Assembly (NCBI RefSeq): GCF_963921235.1
Contig: NC_086101.1
Coordinates: forward strand, 7,628,001-7,692,000
Direction of reading: 5' to 3'
Source of the DNA: Mobula hypostoma
Taxonomy: Eukaryota
DNA: 64,000 nucleotides
Shown in pieces: positions 63,351 through 64,000 of this stretch. Within the stretch, counting starts at the first letter, position 1. Every line of letters begins with the position of its first letter. Both the position numbers and the translations under genes were made by a program. The notes below the pieces were generated by a model. It had not been told where the DNA came from and made no database searches. It worked only from the letters and a program-made list of their open reading frames with translations.

Positions 63351-64000
63351 GGCCTCTCACCCTCTGGAGATTAAAGGATGTAATTATTAGCTTTATTGCC
63401 CACCCTACAACAACGCGTACAGTGAAACGCACCGTTTGCATCAAATCAAATCAGAGAAGGTTGTGTGGGCCAAGTGTTGCCACACGTCTGGTGCCCACAT
63501 AGCACGCCCACAACCCCAACCTGTACATCTTTGGAGTGTGGGAAGGAACCGGGGAGCCAAGCAGAACAGAGAGAACATACAGACTCCTTTCACTCAGAGG
63601 TGGGAGTCGAAACTCAACCTCCCGTTACAGTAAAGGAACGTGCTACCCGCTACACTGCTGTGCTGCCCTGAAAGAGTGTACTACCCCAGGAGGGCCACAC
63701 GAGTCACAATGGTGCTATGGTTTTTAAATGAAGATAACACTACAACATTGACCACGAATCGAAAGTTTTGAACTGTTTCTTCTTTTGTATCGATATATTT
63801 TTATTATGAATTAAATTTTGTTTTGAAATATAAGAAAATACTAATGCATTTTCCTTCAGGTTTCAATCAAACCGGCACTCCAATGGAGTAGATGGGCCGA
63901 GGGGCCTGTTTCTGTGTTGCACTTCTCTACAGTTCAACCCGAGAAGTTTCTGGAATACGCCTTCATGCAATTACGATGACCAGGCCGGTTAATAACCACA

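Noticed and set aside
55420..64000. Upstream ATP6V1G exons
   Set aside because: No KRLKQAKEEA-like or QGIQQLLQAEK-like coding sequence seen; presumably beyond the window.

Overview
Vertebrate genomic DNA, most likely from a cartilaginous fish (inferred from the CR1/Rex/Penelope/HE1-type V-SINE landscape, not proven). Most of the window is transposon debris. Two host genes lie on the minus strand. One is the last coding exon of a V-ATPase V1 subunit G gene (55246-55419). The other starts about 4 kb downstream: the 5' part of a TMEM268-family gene, with two well-supported exons (18731-18840, 5367-5474) and two inferred N-terminal exons (51021-51069, 30920-30997) behind a CCAAT/CpG promoter; it continues past base 1. 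The introns hold CR1, Rex/Babar, RTE, L1 and Tx1 fragments, hAT/Tc1/pogo-type DNA elements, modular SINEs and three tandem arrays. The most striking feature is a young Neptune-type Penelope-like retroelement family carrying minimal hammerhead ribozymes. It appears as a 4.1-kb copy with ~640-bp inverted arms and as a series of 100-670 bp copies with target-site duplications, some of them hairpins with the ribozyme in the loop. No CRISPR array or prokaryotic system is present. Almost all long ORFs in the track are repeat or TE artefacts. Family assignments and homology calls are from recall, with no database search run.
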